Assembly: GCA_050485645.1 (NCBI GenBank)
Contig: JBJHBT010000004.1
Span: 54,220 to 118,219 of the forward strand
From: Gammaproteobacteria bacterium
GTDB taxonomy: Bacteria > Pseudomonadota > Gammaproteobacteria > Steroidobacterales > Rariloculaceae
Reading direction: 5' to 3'
DNA: 64,000 nt
Shown: positions 20,203 through 29,502 of the stretch, piece by piece
Layout: each line of letters begins with the position of its first letter
How positions within the stretch are numbered: the stretch's first letter is position 1
Notes under the pieces: model-generated
Seen by the model: only the letters and a program-made list of their open reading frames with translations
Told to the model about the DNA's origin: nothing
The model's database searches: none
Position numbers and translations under genes: made by a program

Positions 20203-22197
20203 TCAGTCACGGGGCAGTGCAAAGACCATGTAGCGGCCCGGGCCCGGTGGCGGCAAGTCGAGCTGCGGCGCGAACTGGCCGTTGCCTCCGACCGCGATGG
20301 CCAGGTACTGACGTCCATCGACCTCGTAGACCGCCGGAACGCCTTCGGTGGCGGCCGGCAGATCGTGTTCCCACAGCACGTCGCCGCTGTCGGCGTCATA
20401 GGCGCGCATCTTGCGGTCCGACGATGTGCCGGCGAATACCAGACCGCCCGCGGTCGTTACGACGCCGCCGCGTGGCGCATGGCTGCCGGTGCCTTCCGGC
20501 AGGCCGTGCACGCCGCCGTGCGGCTTCTGCCACATGATGGTGCCGGAGTTCAGGTCGTAGGCCGTGATCTGCGACCACGGCGGCCCGATCGCCGAGAGGC
20601 CGTTGCTCATCATCATGAAGTCCACCGGCGACGTATAGGCGATGAAGTCGGAATCCGCGTTGGGGACGACCTGCGCCTGGCCACCGCCCGGTCCACCGCC
20701 TCCCGGTCCACCGCCGCCGCCCGGCGGTACGAGACGGACGAAGGTCGGCAGTTCCTTCGATACGACATAAAGCCTGCCGTTGGCCGGGTCGACGCTCGAG
20801 CTGCCCCAGTTCGCGCCACCATTGTGGCCCGGCATCATGATGGTGCCTTCCAGGCTCGGGGGCGTGTACATCCCTTCATTGCGGGACGTGCGCAGAATCT
20901 CCCGCACCCGCTCCTGATCTTCTTCGGAGATGTAGGGATTGATGTCGGCTTCCGTGAACGACTGCCGCGCGAACGGTGGCGGGGTGGTGGGAAACGGCTG
21001 TGTCGGCCAGGTTTCTTCACCGGCCACATCCGAGGCCGGTACTTCACGATGCTCGATGGGCCATAGCGGCTCACCGGTGTCGCGGTTGAAGACGAATACG
21101 AAGCCCATCTTGGTGGCCTGTACGACCACATCGACGTCTTCACCGTTGTGGCGTACGGTCAGCAGTTTCGGCGCCTGGGGAATGTCGAAATCCCATACAT
21201 CGTGCTGGATCAGCTGGTAATGCCACAGCCGTTCGCCGGTGCGGGCGTCCAGAGCAACCAGTGAGTTGGTGAACAGGTTTTCACCGGGGCGGTTGCCGCC
21301 GAAGAAATCGTAGCGGGGTGCGCCGAAGCCGGCGAAGAAGATGCCGCGTTCGACATCCACGGTGGATTCACTCCAGTTGTGCGCGCCACCGAAGAGGTCG
21401 AGGTCCTGTTCTGGCCAGGTGTCGGCGCCGTACTCGCCGGCGCGCGGCACGCTGCGAAACGCCCAACGCAGTTCGCCGGTTCGCACGTCGTAGGCGTGCA
21501 CGTCACCGGATGTGGATGCGTAGGCGAACGCGCCGGCCGGCAGCGATACGATCATCATATCCTCGAAGATGCGTCCCGGGTTGCTCGGCTGCAGCGGACG
21601 CACCCCGCTGGTGTCACGGTCCATGGCCTCGCGCAGGTCCACACGGCCGTCGTTGCCGAAGCCTTCGATGACTTCGCCATTGGTGGCGTCCACCGCGGTG
21701 AGATGTCCCTGCACCACATACAGCAGGCGGCGGTCGGATCCGTCTTCATTCTCCCAGTAGTTGATGCCGCGTCCGCTGAACGAACCCTGATTGGGCCGCG
21801 ACCAGATTTCCTCGCCGGTGCGTGCATCCAGTGCCTGCAGCGCGCCGCGTGCGCCCTGCACATACATTACGTCATCGATGACGATGGGATTGAACGTGAG
21901 GTTCTGGCCGGTTTCGAAGCTCCACGCCACCTCCAGTGAGGCCACATTGTCCCTGTTGATCTGCGTCAGTGCCGAGTACTGCGAGGAGTCCGGCCCGCCC
22001 AGGTACTGATTCCAGGCAACGAAATCGGGTGCGGAAGCGGAGGCGCCCGGCTGCGCGTGCGTCGACAGGGCTGCCGCGCACAGCGCCGCGCTGGCCCCGA
22101 GAATCACGGTCCTGCGCAGAACGGAGGCAGCGGGTTTCGTGGATGGCGTACGTTGCGCCGGCTTTATCGTTATGGAAGTCACTTCTGGCCCACCCAA
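20203..22197 (-). CDS. Exported PQQ-dependent dehydrogenase (GDH-like beta-propeller)
   Basis: Signal-like N-terminus, YSALTQINRDNV, HDVWDFD, GGANWG, PPWSQ, VDGRQY; start uncertain. Confidence 0.85.
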   Translation of the reverse strand: MGGPEVTSITIKPAQRTPSTKPAASVLRRTVILGASAALCAAALSTHAQPGASASAPDFVAWNQYLGGPDSSQYSALTQINRDNVASLEVAWSFETGQNLTFNPIVIDDVMYVQGARGALQALDARTGEEIWSRPNQGSFSGRGINYWENEDGSDRRLLYVVQGHLTAVDATNGEVIEGFGNDGRVDLREAMDRDTSGVRPLQPSNPGRIFEDMMIVSLPAGAFAYASTSGDVHAYDVRTGELRWAFRSVPRAGEYGADTWPEQDLDLFGGAHNWSESTVDVERGIFFAGFGAPRYDFFGGNRPGENLFTNSLVALDARTGERLWHYQLIQHDVWDFDIPQAPKLLTVRHNGEDVDVVVQATKMGFVFVFNRDTGEPLWPIEHREVPASDVAGEETWPTQPFPTTPPPFARQSFTEADINPYISEEDQERVREILRTSRNEGMYTPPSLEGTIMMPGHNGGANWGSSSVDPANGRLYVVSKELPTFVRLVPPGGGGGPGGGGPGGGQAQVVPNADSDFIAYTSPVDFMMMSNGLSAIGPPWSQITAYDLNSGTIMWQKPHGGVHGLPEGTGSHAPRGGVVTTAGGLVFAGTSSDRKMRAYDADSGDVLWEHDLPAATEGVPAVYEVDGRQYLAIAVGGNGQFAPQLDLPPPGPGRYMVFALPRD

Positions 22198-22229
22198 AGT
22201 TGGTTGTCGTTGTGGTTCGACGGTTGCCG

Positions 22230-22266
22230 AAAAAAAAAGGCGGTCAGCGCTTTCGCACCGACCGCC
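22230..22266 (-). terminator. Intrinsic terminator
   Basis: Minus strand GGCGGTCGGTGC-GAAA-GCGCTGACCGCC then a T run. Confidence 0.75.
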
Positions 22267-22367
22267 CTGTCTGGCTATGCGCTTGAAGTACCTTTGGGGC
22301 TGCTTTTTGCCGTTGGCGGCGCGAAGGACCCTGCTGGTGACTTCAGGCTGTCACGTTACGTTCGTAC

Positions 22368-22808
22368 TCAGCGGCCGCGGCCATCCGCTTCACGCGCGCG
22401 CTCTTCGTACGGAGCGCCGATACCGGAGGAGCCGACGAACATGGTGCGGCCGTCCGGGAAGGTGATGTCACTGGCGTTGGCGCGCAGCGAACCATCCTTG
22501 GCCTGGAAGCCGTCCACCTTGATGTTGGTGCCTGCCGGCAGCGTGTTGCGATCCCAACCGCGACGCAGCAGCGCGCTGGGCGCACCGCCCTCGACCTTCC
22601 ACTGTTCGACGCCGTCGTCTGTCTGCACGTCGATGTGGATCCAGGAATGCGGGTTCACCCACTCGAACAGAGTGACTTCGCCTTCCAGGGTGACCGGACG
22701 GTCACGATCGAATTCCGCGGCAAACGAGTGATGCGCAATCGCCTGCCCCATCGCCACCGCGCCCAGCATTGCTGCGCCTGCGACTATCCCGAGTGTTTTC
22801 ATTCGCAT
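22368..22808 (-). CDS. DUF6152-like exported protein
   Basis: Signal peptide ending AIA then HHSFAAEFD; WVNPHSWI; AGGAG RBS. Confidence 0.8.
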   Translation of the reverse strand: MRMKTLGIVAGAAMLGAVAMGQAIAHHSFAAEFDRDRPVTLEGEVTLFEWVNPHSWIHIDVQTDDGVEQWKVEGGAPSALLRRGWDRNTLPAGTNIKVDGFQAKDGSLRANASDITFPDGRTMFVGSSGIGAPYEERAREADGRGR

Positions 22809-23126
22809 CGGATTTACTCCTACTTCCTTCCGAAACCAGAATCTGTCTGAACCGTATCTGCCATCTGCATCAGTGTAGCTTTGAAACTGTTTGAACCGTG
22901 CCTGCTACCTGATCAGAGTGGTCCCATTTATAGAGATTGGACCACACACCATGTGTGACCGTTCCCGTAAGGTTAGTGCCCCCCGACATCCCGCGCAACT
23001 TCGGGCATCCGAAAAATCAGTTGTTTGCGGGCGGTTTGGCCGTTATGGGCCGCTCCGCTTTACAAATCTTGCGGTTCGGGGAACCCGTTGCGCCGCGTAT
23101 GCGACGCGGCGCAACGGACTGTCGAC

Positions 23127-23939
23127 TTACTCCGTGAGCAGCAGATCGTGGTACAGCATCATCTCGGAGAACTCCACACAGTTGTATTCGAGGATCTGTG
23201 CGTTCTCTTCGACGCGGCGGTACAGCGGCATCTCGATCGTCCACGGCTCGGAGAACGTGGTCGGGTCTTCGATGGTCGCCTCATAGTGGAGGTGGTTCGG
23301 GCTCATCAGCGTGAAGCGTTCGGTGACCTTCAGCGCCGGGCTGTGATGGTTGCCGGCACGGTCGAACCAGGTCTGGCCGTTGAAGCCGGTGTTCTCGATG
23401 ACCAGCGTGTCACCGTCCCAGCTGCCGTTCGACCAGCCCATCCAGCCGTCCACGGGCGGCTCGCGGTGGTTGCTCATGTGCACCAGGCGATTCGCGTTGG
23501 CGAATTCGTAGACGAACAGAATGTCGCCGCCGCCCTGCACGATCTGGAACGGATAGGGCAGGTAGTTCGCACGCGGAATGCCCGGCAGGTAGCACTTGGC
23601 TTCCGGATCGGACTCCGGCCACTCCGCCCGCAGCTCGTCACGATGCTCGCGCGCCCCCGGCAGATACGGGATACGCCCGTCGCCGGACGTGATCACGCTC
23701 TGGCCGGCCGGGATCGCACCAATCGCACCCAGCTGCCAGAAGTCTTCCAGCTGCTCGGACGAATGTGCTTCCAGGTTCCAGTAGGCTGTGTTCAGTGCCT
23801 GCCAGATGCCGTTCAAGTTCGGCTGGCCGGCAATCCGTTCCGGCGTGTCCTGAAGTGCCTGCCCCAATACGGCATTCGGCGCGACGACCAGAGTCGCCAA
23901 TGCCGCTGCCACAATTGCGCCTTTAAACCGGTATCGCAT
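23127..23939 (-). CDS. Exported two-Cys hypothetical protein (paralogue A)
   Basis: Signal peptide, PNLNGIW, DPEAKCYLPGIPR, WDGDTLVI, EYNCVE. Confidence 0.8.
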   Translation of the reverse strand: MRYRFKGAIVAAALATLVVAPNAVLGQALQDTPERIAGQPNLNGIWQALNTAYWNLEAHSSEQLEDFWQLGAIGAIPAGQSVITSGDGRIPYLPGAREHRDELRAEWPESDPEAKCYLPGIPRANYLPYPFQIVQGGGDILFVYEFANANRLVHMSNHREPPVDGWMGWSNGSWDGDTLVIENTGFNGQTWFDRAGNHHSPALKVTERFTLMSPNHLHYEATIEDPTTFSEPWTIEMPLYRRVEENAQILEYNCVEFSEMMLYHDLLLTE

Positions 23940-24034
23940 CTGCCAAGTCTCCTGTTTTGTTTCGAGTTTGTAAGCTGATTATTGTTGTTGGTCTGCTGCG
24001 TGCAGACTGTACAGCCATACGCCGTGCCGTGATT

Positions 24035-25984
24035 CTACGGCAATGCGTAAGCCATTACCGTACCGCCCGCGATCACTGCCACATGCTGGCGACCGCTGCG
24101 GCCCTGGTAGCTCATCGGGTTCGCGTTGGCGGTGCCCCCCAGTCGCGTGACCCACAGTTCGTCGCCGTTCGCGGCATCGAAGGCGCGCAGCCGCTGATCG
24201 CCGGAGTTGCCGACGAATACCAGGCCGCCGCCCGTGGCGGTCGCGCCGGCGCTGCCGACGTTGCCGACCAGCTGCCGATCTTCGGGCAGGGCTTCGTTCA
24301 GCCCCAGCACCGATTCCCAGACGATTTCTCCCGTGCGCGCATTGACGGCCACCAGTTTGCCCCAGGGCGGCCGGTAGCAGGGTGCGGTCGGACCGACCGG
24401 CCGGCCGTTGGCGTCGAACTCGCCGCCCAGCGGGCCGTTGAATGAAAAGAACGGCCCGACACCGAGAACGCTGGCCCTGTCATAGGGCTGCAGTGAGCCC
24501 TGCGCCTCGAAGCTGTAGGTGACGTCCGGATCCTTGTCCTCCACCCAGCCCACCAGCGAGGTATTGTTCACGCTGACGTAAAAGATGCCGGTGCCGGGGT
24601 CGACCGTGATGCCGCCCCAGTTCACGCCGCCGGTACCGCCGGGGAACTGAATCGTCGATCGCGGCGGCTCGGTGGGGCCGTAGAGGAAACTCGTGAACGG
24701 CCCGGCGTTGTAGTACCCGCCACTGCGTTCCATGAATTCACGGCAGGCGCGCACATGGTCCGGATTGGTGTCTTCCGGCCGGACAAGGTCCTGCTCCGGG
24801 TCGAAGCTCACCTGGCTCAGCGGGCCGGGGCGCGCCGGAAACGGCTGCGTGGGCGAATACCATTCGGTGGGCACGTTCGCTATCGGGATCGGCCGTTCCT
24901 CGACCGGAATATGCGGTTCACCCGTGTCGCGGTTGAGCACAAAGGCATAGCTGGTCTTGCCGATGTGGGCAAGCACCGGAACGGGTGACCCATCCGGACC
25001 GGGTACGTCGAACAGTGCGCCCGTGGAGGGCATGTCGATATCCCACAAGTCGTGATGCACGACCTGGAAATGCCAGCGGCGCTCGCCGGTCAGGGCATCG
25101 ACGGCGACAATGGAGTTGCCATAGACGTTGTCGCCGGGTCGGCCGCCACCGTAATAGTTCGGTGAGGGGCTGGAAATGGCCATATAAACCAGGCCACGCT
25201 CGACATCCACGGGCGCGGAGAACGCCCACATGTTCGTGCCCGAACGCTCCTCCCAGCCGTCGCCCCAGGTATGGTGGTAGGGGTCGCCGGGCTGTGCCAC
25301 GGTGTGGAACTCCCAGAGCTTCTCGCCGGTGCGCAGGTCGAATGCGCGCGAATTGCCGGGCGGCCCCTGTGGCAGTTCGCCCACGGCCGCGCCAATGATG
25401 GCCGCATGGCGGTAGATGGTCGGCGTGCCGCCATAGCCGACGTCGCCGACGGAGATGACGCCGTTGTCACCGAAGTCGGCCGCCCGTTCACCGGTGGCGG
25501 CGTCGATGGAGAACATCCGCGAGCCGGCCATGAACACGATGCGCGGGGCAATGCCGTCGTCGCCCGGCCAATAAGACACGCCGCGACTGGAAATCCCGCC
25601 GGGGCCGCCCGGCATCTGGAACACCCAGATTTCCTGTCCGCTGTCGGCGTCGAGGGCGATCACCCGATTGGACGCGTTGACATACATCACGCCATCCACC
25701 ACCAGCGGCACGGCCGTGGTGTTGCCGCCCAGTTCATACGTCCAGGCCGAGGCGAGACGGTCGACATTGTCGCGATTGATCTGGGTAAGCGGCGAGAATC
25801 GTGTGGCCGCCTGGTCACGATTGATCGTGCGCCAGTCGCCATCCGGAATGACGCCGGCGGCGGAGGGCGCGGAGGTCTGTTCGACACTGCCGGCCGGCGC
25901 GGGAGCTGGTGGCTCGGAGGTGCCGCAGCCAGCGGCGAATACTACGGCTGTGCCGACAACGGCAATGCCCAACTTCATGTTCAT
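24035..25984 (-). CDS. Lipoprotein PQQ-dependent dehydrogenase
   Basis: Lipobox-like FAAGC, FSPLTQINRDNV, HHDLWDID, GGVNWG, PPWG. Confidence 0.85.
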   Translation of the reverse strand: MNMKLGIAVVGTAVVFAAGCGTSEPPAPAPAGSVEQTSAPSAAGVIPDGDWRTINRDQAATRFSPLTQINRDNVDRLASAWTYELGGNTTAVPLVVDGVMYVNASNRVIALDADSGQEIWVFQMPGGPGGISSRGVSYWPGDDGIAPRIVFMAGSRMFSIDAATGERAADFGDNGVISVGDVGYGGTPTIYRHAAIIGAAVGELPQGPPGNSRAFDLRTGEKLWEFHTVAQPGDPYHHTWGDGWEERSGTNMWAFSAPVDVERGLVYMAISSPSPNYYGGGRPGDNVYGNSIVAVDALTGERRWHFQVVHHDLWDIDMPSTGALFDVPGPDGSPVPVLAHIGKTSYAFVLNRDTGEPHIPVEERPIPIANVPTEWYSPTQPFPARPGPLSQVSFDPEQDLVRPEDTNPDHVRACREFMERSGGYYNAGPFTSFLYGPTEPPRSTIQFPGGTGGVNWGGITVDPGTGIFYVSVNNTSLVGWVEDKDPDVTYSFEAQGSLQPYDRASVLGVGPFFSFNGPLGGEFDANGRPVGPTAPCYRPPWGKLVAVNARTGEIVWESVLGLNEALPEDRQLVGNVGSAGATATGGGLVFVGNSGDQRLRAFDAANGDELWVTRLGGTANANPMSYQGRSGRQHVAVIAGGTVMAYALP

Positions 25985-26420
25985 CTGGCCCCCCGGGGTC
26001 ATCAGCAATTATCGTCGTCTGTACATCTCGTCTGTACATCGTCTTCAGCGGTGGTCGCCGAAAACTGGGGCGATCCTGGCCGATCCACCGATACCCGATC
26101 TGTCTGGCAGACCCGATTGCGGGGTCGGCGGTTTATGGGTCGTCCTGAGGACGCCCGCCTTGGTTAGCGCGGTCCAGCTGCCGCAGATCAATTGCTTATC
26201 CTACGCTACTCGCCAGCCAAGTCCCAAATCCCGGGACAACCCGGTGCGACCGGCCGGATCGCTGCCACGGCGGCCCTGATACCGGCGTCGAAATGCAGTA
26301 AGCTCGCGGCAGAACTATAGGTCAGGCGTATCCGGTGCGCTATGCTTCCGGCCGTCGCGGCTCCGGCTGCCGGCGGATTCGAACCTGAAGAATGTTGAAG
26401 ATCACCCACAACGGCAGGTC

Positions 26421-26963
26421 ATGATAAAAGTAACAACAGCGCGCGCCGGCAGGCTGCGTGCGGTGCTCATTGCCAACCTCACCGTCCCGCTGGTGCTGGC
26501 GGCCTGCTCGCCGCCGCCGGATTCGTCGACTGCGCAGGAGTCGACAGCGCAGGACATGCCGCCGTTCCAGGCCGCCTACAGCATCGATGATCTGATGGAC
26601 TACATGATTACACCGGCCGCGGAGGCCTACTGGGCATCGGTGTCCATCCATATCGACAGCGACGGCATCACCGAAAATTTCCCCGCCACCGATGCCGAGT
26701 GGGATGCGGTGATGGTGGCCGCGGTGACGCTGGCCGAGTCCGGCAATCTGCTGATGCTACCGTCACGCGCCCTGCCCGGGCGTGACTGGATGCGGTTGTC
26801 TCGCGAAATGGTGGCTGCGGGCGTCGCCGCCGCGAACGCCGCCAGTGCGCGGGATGTCGATGCGGTCTTCGATGCCGGAGAACGCGTCTATAATGCGTGT
26901 CTGGCGTGTCATGATCAGTACCTCGTGAACCCGGCTGCCTTGACCTTTCCGCCGCCGGACTGA
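26421..26963 (+). CDS. Lipoprotein cytochrome c (class II / c'-like)
   Basis: Lipobox LAAC, helical sequence, single C-terminal CLACH. Confidence 0.7.
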   Translation: MIKVTTARAGRLRAVLIANLTVPLVLAACSPPPDSSTAQESTAQDMPPFQAAYSIDDLMDYMITPAAEAYWASVSIHIDSDGITENFPATDAEWDAVMVAAVTLAESGNLLMLPSRALPGRDWMRLSREMVAAGVAAANAASARDVDAVFDAGERVYNACLACHDQYLVNPAALTFPPPD

Positions 26964-27040
26964 TATGAAAGCGCTCGTTGCGAACGGCTGCCGCGGTGGT
27001 CGTAGAACGATAATCATCACTACCTGAGGGGGCATCCCTG

Positions 27041-27547
27041 GTGTTATTGCAGATACTTGAGTGGTTGCGCGAGACCACATTCAGCACGGACCTGCGCGAG
27101 TCCATCTATATGTGGGGCGTCGTCAACGGCATACACGTGCTTGGGCTTGGCATGTTCATGGGCGTGCTGCTGTTCTGGGATTTTCGGCTGCTCAACGTCG
27201 GGCTGCGGAATGTTTCGATTTCAGAAACATGGGACCGGCTGGCACCATGGATCGGTCTTGGCTTTCTGATCATGGCGGTGACGGGGATGCTGCTTTTCAT
27301 CTCCGACCCGGTGCGTTTCTGGGGCAATGTGTTCTTCCGTGTCAAGCTCGTTGGTCTGGTGCTCGCCGGTATCAACGCAGCGGCCTTCCACTTCACGATC
27401 GGCAAACGTCTCGTTGAGTGGGACAGGCCGGGCGGAGCGTTGCCGGTGGCCGCCAAGGTCGCGGGCATAAGTTCTCTGGTGCTTTGGGCAATCATCATCG
27501 TGAGCGGACGGCTGATTGCATATAGCTGGTTCCCGCCGCTGGTCTAG
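27041..27547 (+). CDS. DUF6644-like 4-TM membrane protein
   Basis: NGIHVLG, WDFRLL, VTGMLLF, FRVKL, GRLIAY. Confidence 0.75.
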   Translation: MLLQILEWLRETTFSTDLRESIYMWGVVNGIHVLGLGMFMGVLLFWDFRLLNVGLRNVSISETWDRLAPWIGLGFLIMAVTGMLLFISDPVRFWGNVFFRVKLVGLVLAGINAAAFHFTIGKRLVEWDRPGGALPVAAKVAGISSLVLWAIIIVSGRLIAYSWFPPLV

Positions 27548-27554
27548 GAGCTTG

Positions 27555-28037
27555 ATGATGACTTTGTTACCTGTATTCGAATGGCTTCAGATGACCGGCC
27601 TTGGCCAGGCCATCAACCAATCCACCTATATATTCGCGTTCATCCAGGCAGGGCACCTGCTGTCGCTCGCCGTGCTCGGTGGAGCGGTACTGCTCGTAGA
27701 CCTGCGCACCCTCGGCTTCGGGCTGAAGAATCAGCCTGTCGCCTATGTCGCACGTGTCGCACAGCCGTGGCTTATCGGCGGCTTCATTGCGATTGCCGTA
27801 ACGGGCTTCCTGCTGTTCATGTCCATGGCCGGCAACCGCTACTACTGGAACGAGGCGTTCTGGCTGAAGATGTATGCGCTGATCGCCGCCGTTCTTCTGA
27901 CACTGGTCATTCGTCGCCGCTTCGCGTTCGGTGATCCTTCGAAAGCGGAAACGGGGCTGGCGAAGACCGTGGCCGTGCTTTCGGCGCTGTCGTGGCTGGT
28001 TGTCGGTGCGCTGGGCAGGGCGATCGGGTTCGTCTGA
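27555..28037 (+). CDS. DUF6644-like 4-TM membrane protein (paralogue)
   Basis: QAGHLLS, VDLRTL, VTGFLLF, FWLKM, GRAIGF; AGGAG RBS. Confidence 0.75.
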   Translation: MMTLLPVFEWLQMTGLGQAINQSTYIFAFIQAGHLLSLAVLGGAVLLVDLRTLGFGLKNQPVAYVARVAQPWLIGGFIAIAVTGFLLFMSMAGNRYYWNEAFWLKMYALIAAVLLTLVIRRRFAFGDPSKAETGLAKTVAVLSALSWLVVGALGRAIGFV

Positions 28038-28108
28038 TCTCGGCGCTGATGCGCGTTTTCACCCGTTCGGCCGGCTCCGGCATGGCTGATAAAGAAAAAT
28101 AAAGGCAT

Positions 28109-28134
28109 CGAAACGGCCCTGCGGGGCCGTTTCG
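28109..28134. terminator. Perfect hairpin, possible terminator
   Basis: CGAAACGGCCC-TGCG-GGGCCGTTTCG; no T tract on the + side. Confidence 0.4.
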
Positions 28135-28163
28135 CCATCAACCGGCGTGGAAACCGTCATCCT

Positions 28164-28194
28164 CTGACACCTGACACCTGACACCTGACACCTG
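28164..28194. repeat. Heptamer tandem repeat (CTGACAC) x4.4
   Basis: Read directly from the sequence. Confidence 0.95.
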
Positions 28195-28347
28195 GTGCCC
28201 GGCGCCGTGTTCCGGCGCCTTCGGTTGCCGTGCGGGCGGCGGAAGGGTAAGTTTGGGTTCACAACATTCAACGCAACCAGCGCGCGCTATCGGGTTCCGC
28301 GCGCCGCGTCGCTTCGGCGAACAGCGAAAAACATGAAGGAGGTCCGG

Positions 28348-29385
28348 ATGAAAGAGCGATTGGCAACACTGGCTGTGCTGAGCGCCGGTCTTGTGGTCGG
28401 ATGCAGTGATACGCAGTCCCCGGGGGACAGCAACGCGCAGTCCGCGAACGCACAGGACAGCTCCGGCTGGACCCATCCGATGACAGCCTGGGGCGATCCC
28501 GATCTCCAGGGCATGTGGCCGATCGGACACCTTGCCGGCAACGTACAGCTGCAGCGAGACCGCAGTCTGGGCGATCAGCTGTACTACAGCGATGAAGACT
28601 TCGACCAGCGTGCCCGACAGATTGCCGCGCGTGCCGCAACCTATGAGCGGGAAATCGAAGGCGACCGCATGGGCATGGGGCACTGGTCCGAAGCGATGGC
28701 GACCGCGGCGCCGCAGCGCCAGACATCGCTGATCGTGGATCCGCCGAATGGTCAGCTGCCGCCGCTTACCGCCGAAGGTGAACGCGTCAGCCCGACGATG
28801 GGCAGCTCGTGGTTCCGCAACACCTGGGACAATATGGAGGACTTCGACACCTGGGACCGCTGCATCACGCGCGGCCTGCCGGCATCGATGTTCCCGTTCC
28901 AGTACAACAACGGCATCCAGGTGGTGCAGTCGCCCGGCTATGTTGTCATCAACCTGGAAATGATCCACGAGGCCCGCGTGATTCCGATCGACAGGCCGCA
29001 CCTGCCCGGTGAGATCCGCAGCTACATGGGCGATTCCCGCGGACGCTGGGAAGGCAACACGCTGGTCATCGAAACCACGAATTTCAACGGTGTGGCCGAG
29101 ATGGTGAATATCGGGACCAGTGGTGCGCCGTTTCGCAGCATTCCGACGAGCACCGATCTGCATCTGACGGAACGCCTGACGCGCCTGGATGACGACACCA
29201 TTGAATACGAGATTCACGTACAGGACCCGGTCATGATGACGCAGCCCTGGACGGCCCGATTCACCTGGGAGCGTGACCCGGACTACGTGTTCTTCGAATA
29301 CGCCTGCCACGAGGGCAACACCGCCATCCGCTACTACATCGAGACCTCGCGTCACGAACGGGAGCAGCAGGCGGCGGCTCGCTGA
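28348..29385 (+). CDS. Lipoprotein two-Cys hypothetical protein (paralogue B)
   Basis: AAGGAGG RBS, lipobox VVGC, PDLQGMW, DRCITRGLP, WEGNTLVI, EYACHEGN. Confidence 0.8.
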   Translation: MKERLATLAVLSAGLVVGCSDTQSPGDSNAQSANAQDSSGWTHPMTAWGDPDLQGMWPIGHLAGNVQLQRDRSLGDQLYYSDEDFDQRARQIAARAATYEREIEGDRMGMGHWSEAMATAAPQRQTSLIVDPPNGQLPPLTAEGERVSPTMGSSWFRNTWDNMEDFDTWDRCITRGLPASMFPFQYNNGIQVVQSPGYVVINLEMIHEARVIPIDRPHLPGEIRSYMGDSRGRWEGNTLVIETTNFNGVAEMVNIGTSGAPFRSIPTSTDLHLTERLTRLDDDTIEYEIHVQDPVMMTQPWTARFTWERDPDYVFFEYACHEGNTAIRYYIETSRHEREQQAAAR

Positions 29386-29445
29386 TGGTTCCGAAGCCGG
29401 CGTGTAGACAGCCATAGACTTCTCGACCCACTGCCCTGAAAATCG

Positions 29446-29479
29446 GCGGCGCGTTGCGGCAGCAGCGCGCCGCTTTTTT
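29446..29479 (+). terminator. Intrinsic terminator
   Basis: GCGGCGCGTTGC-GGCA-GCAGCGCGCCGC then TTTTTT. Confidence 0.75.
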
Positions 29480-29502
29480 CACTGTGATCACGGGATGCCG
29501 AT

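Noticed and set aside
20203-26008. Lanthanide dependence from the WDxD motifs
   Set aside because: The second Asp is normal in the GDH-like quinoprotein family; it is diagnostic only for XoxF/ExaF-type alcohol dehydrogenases
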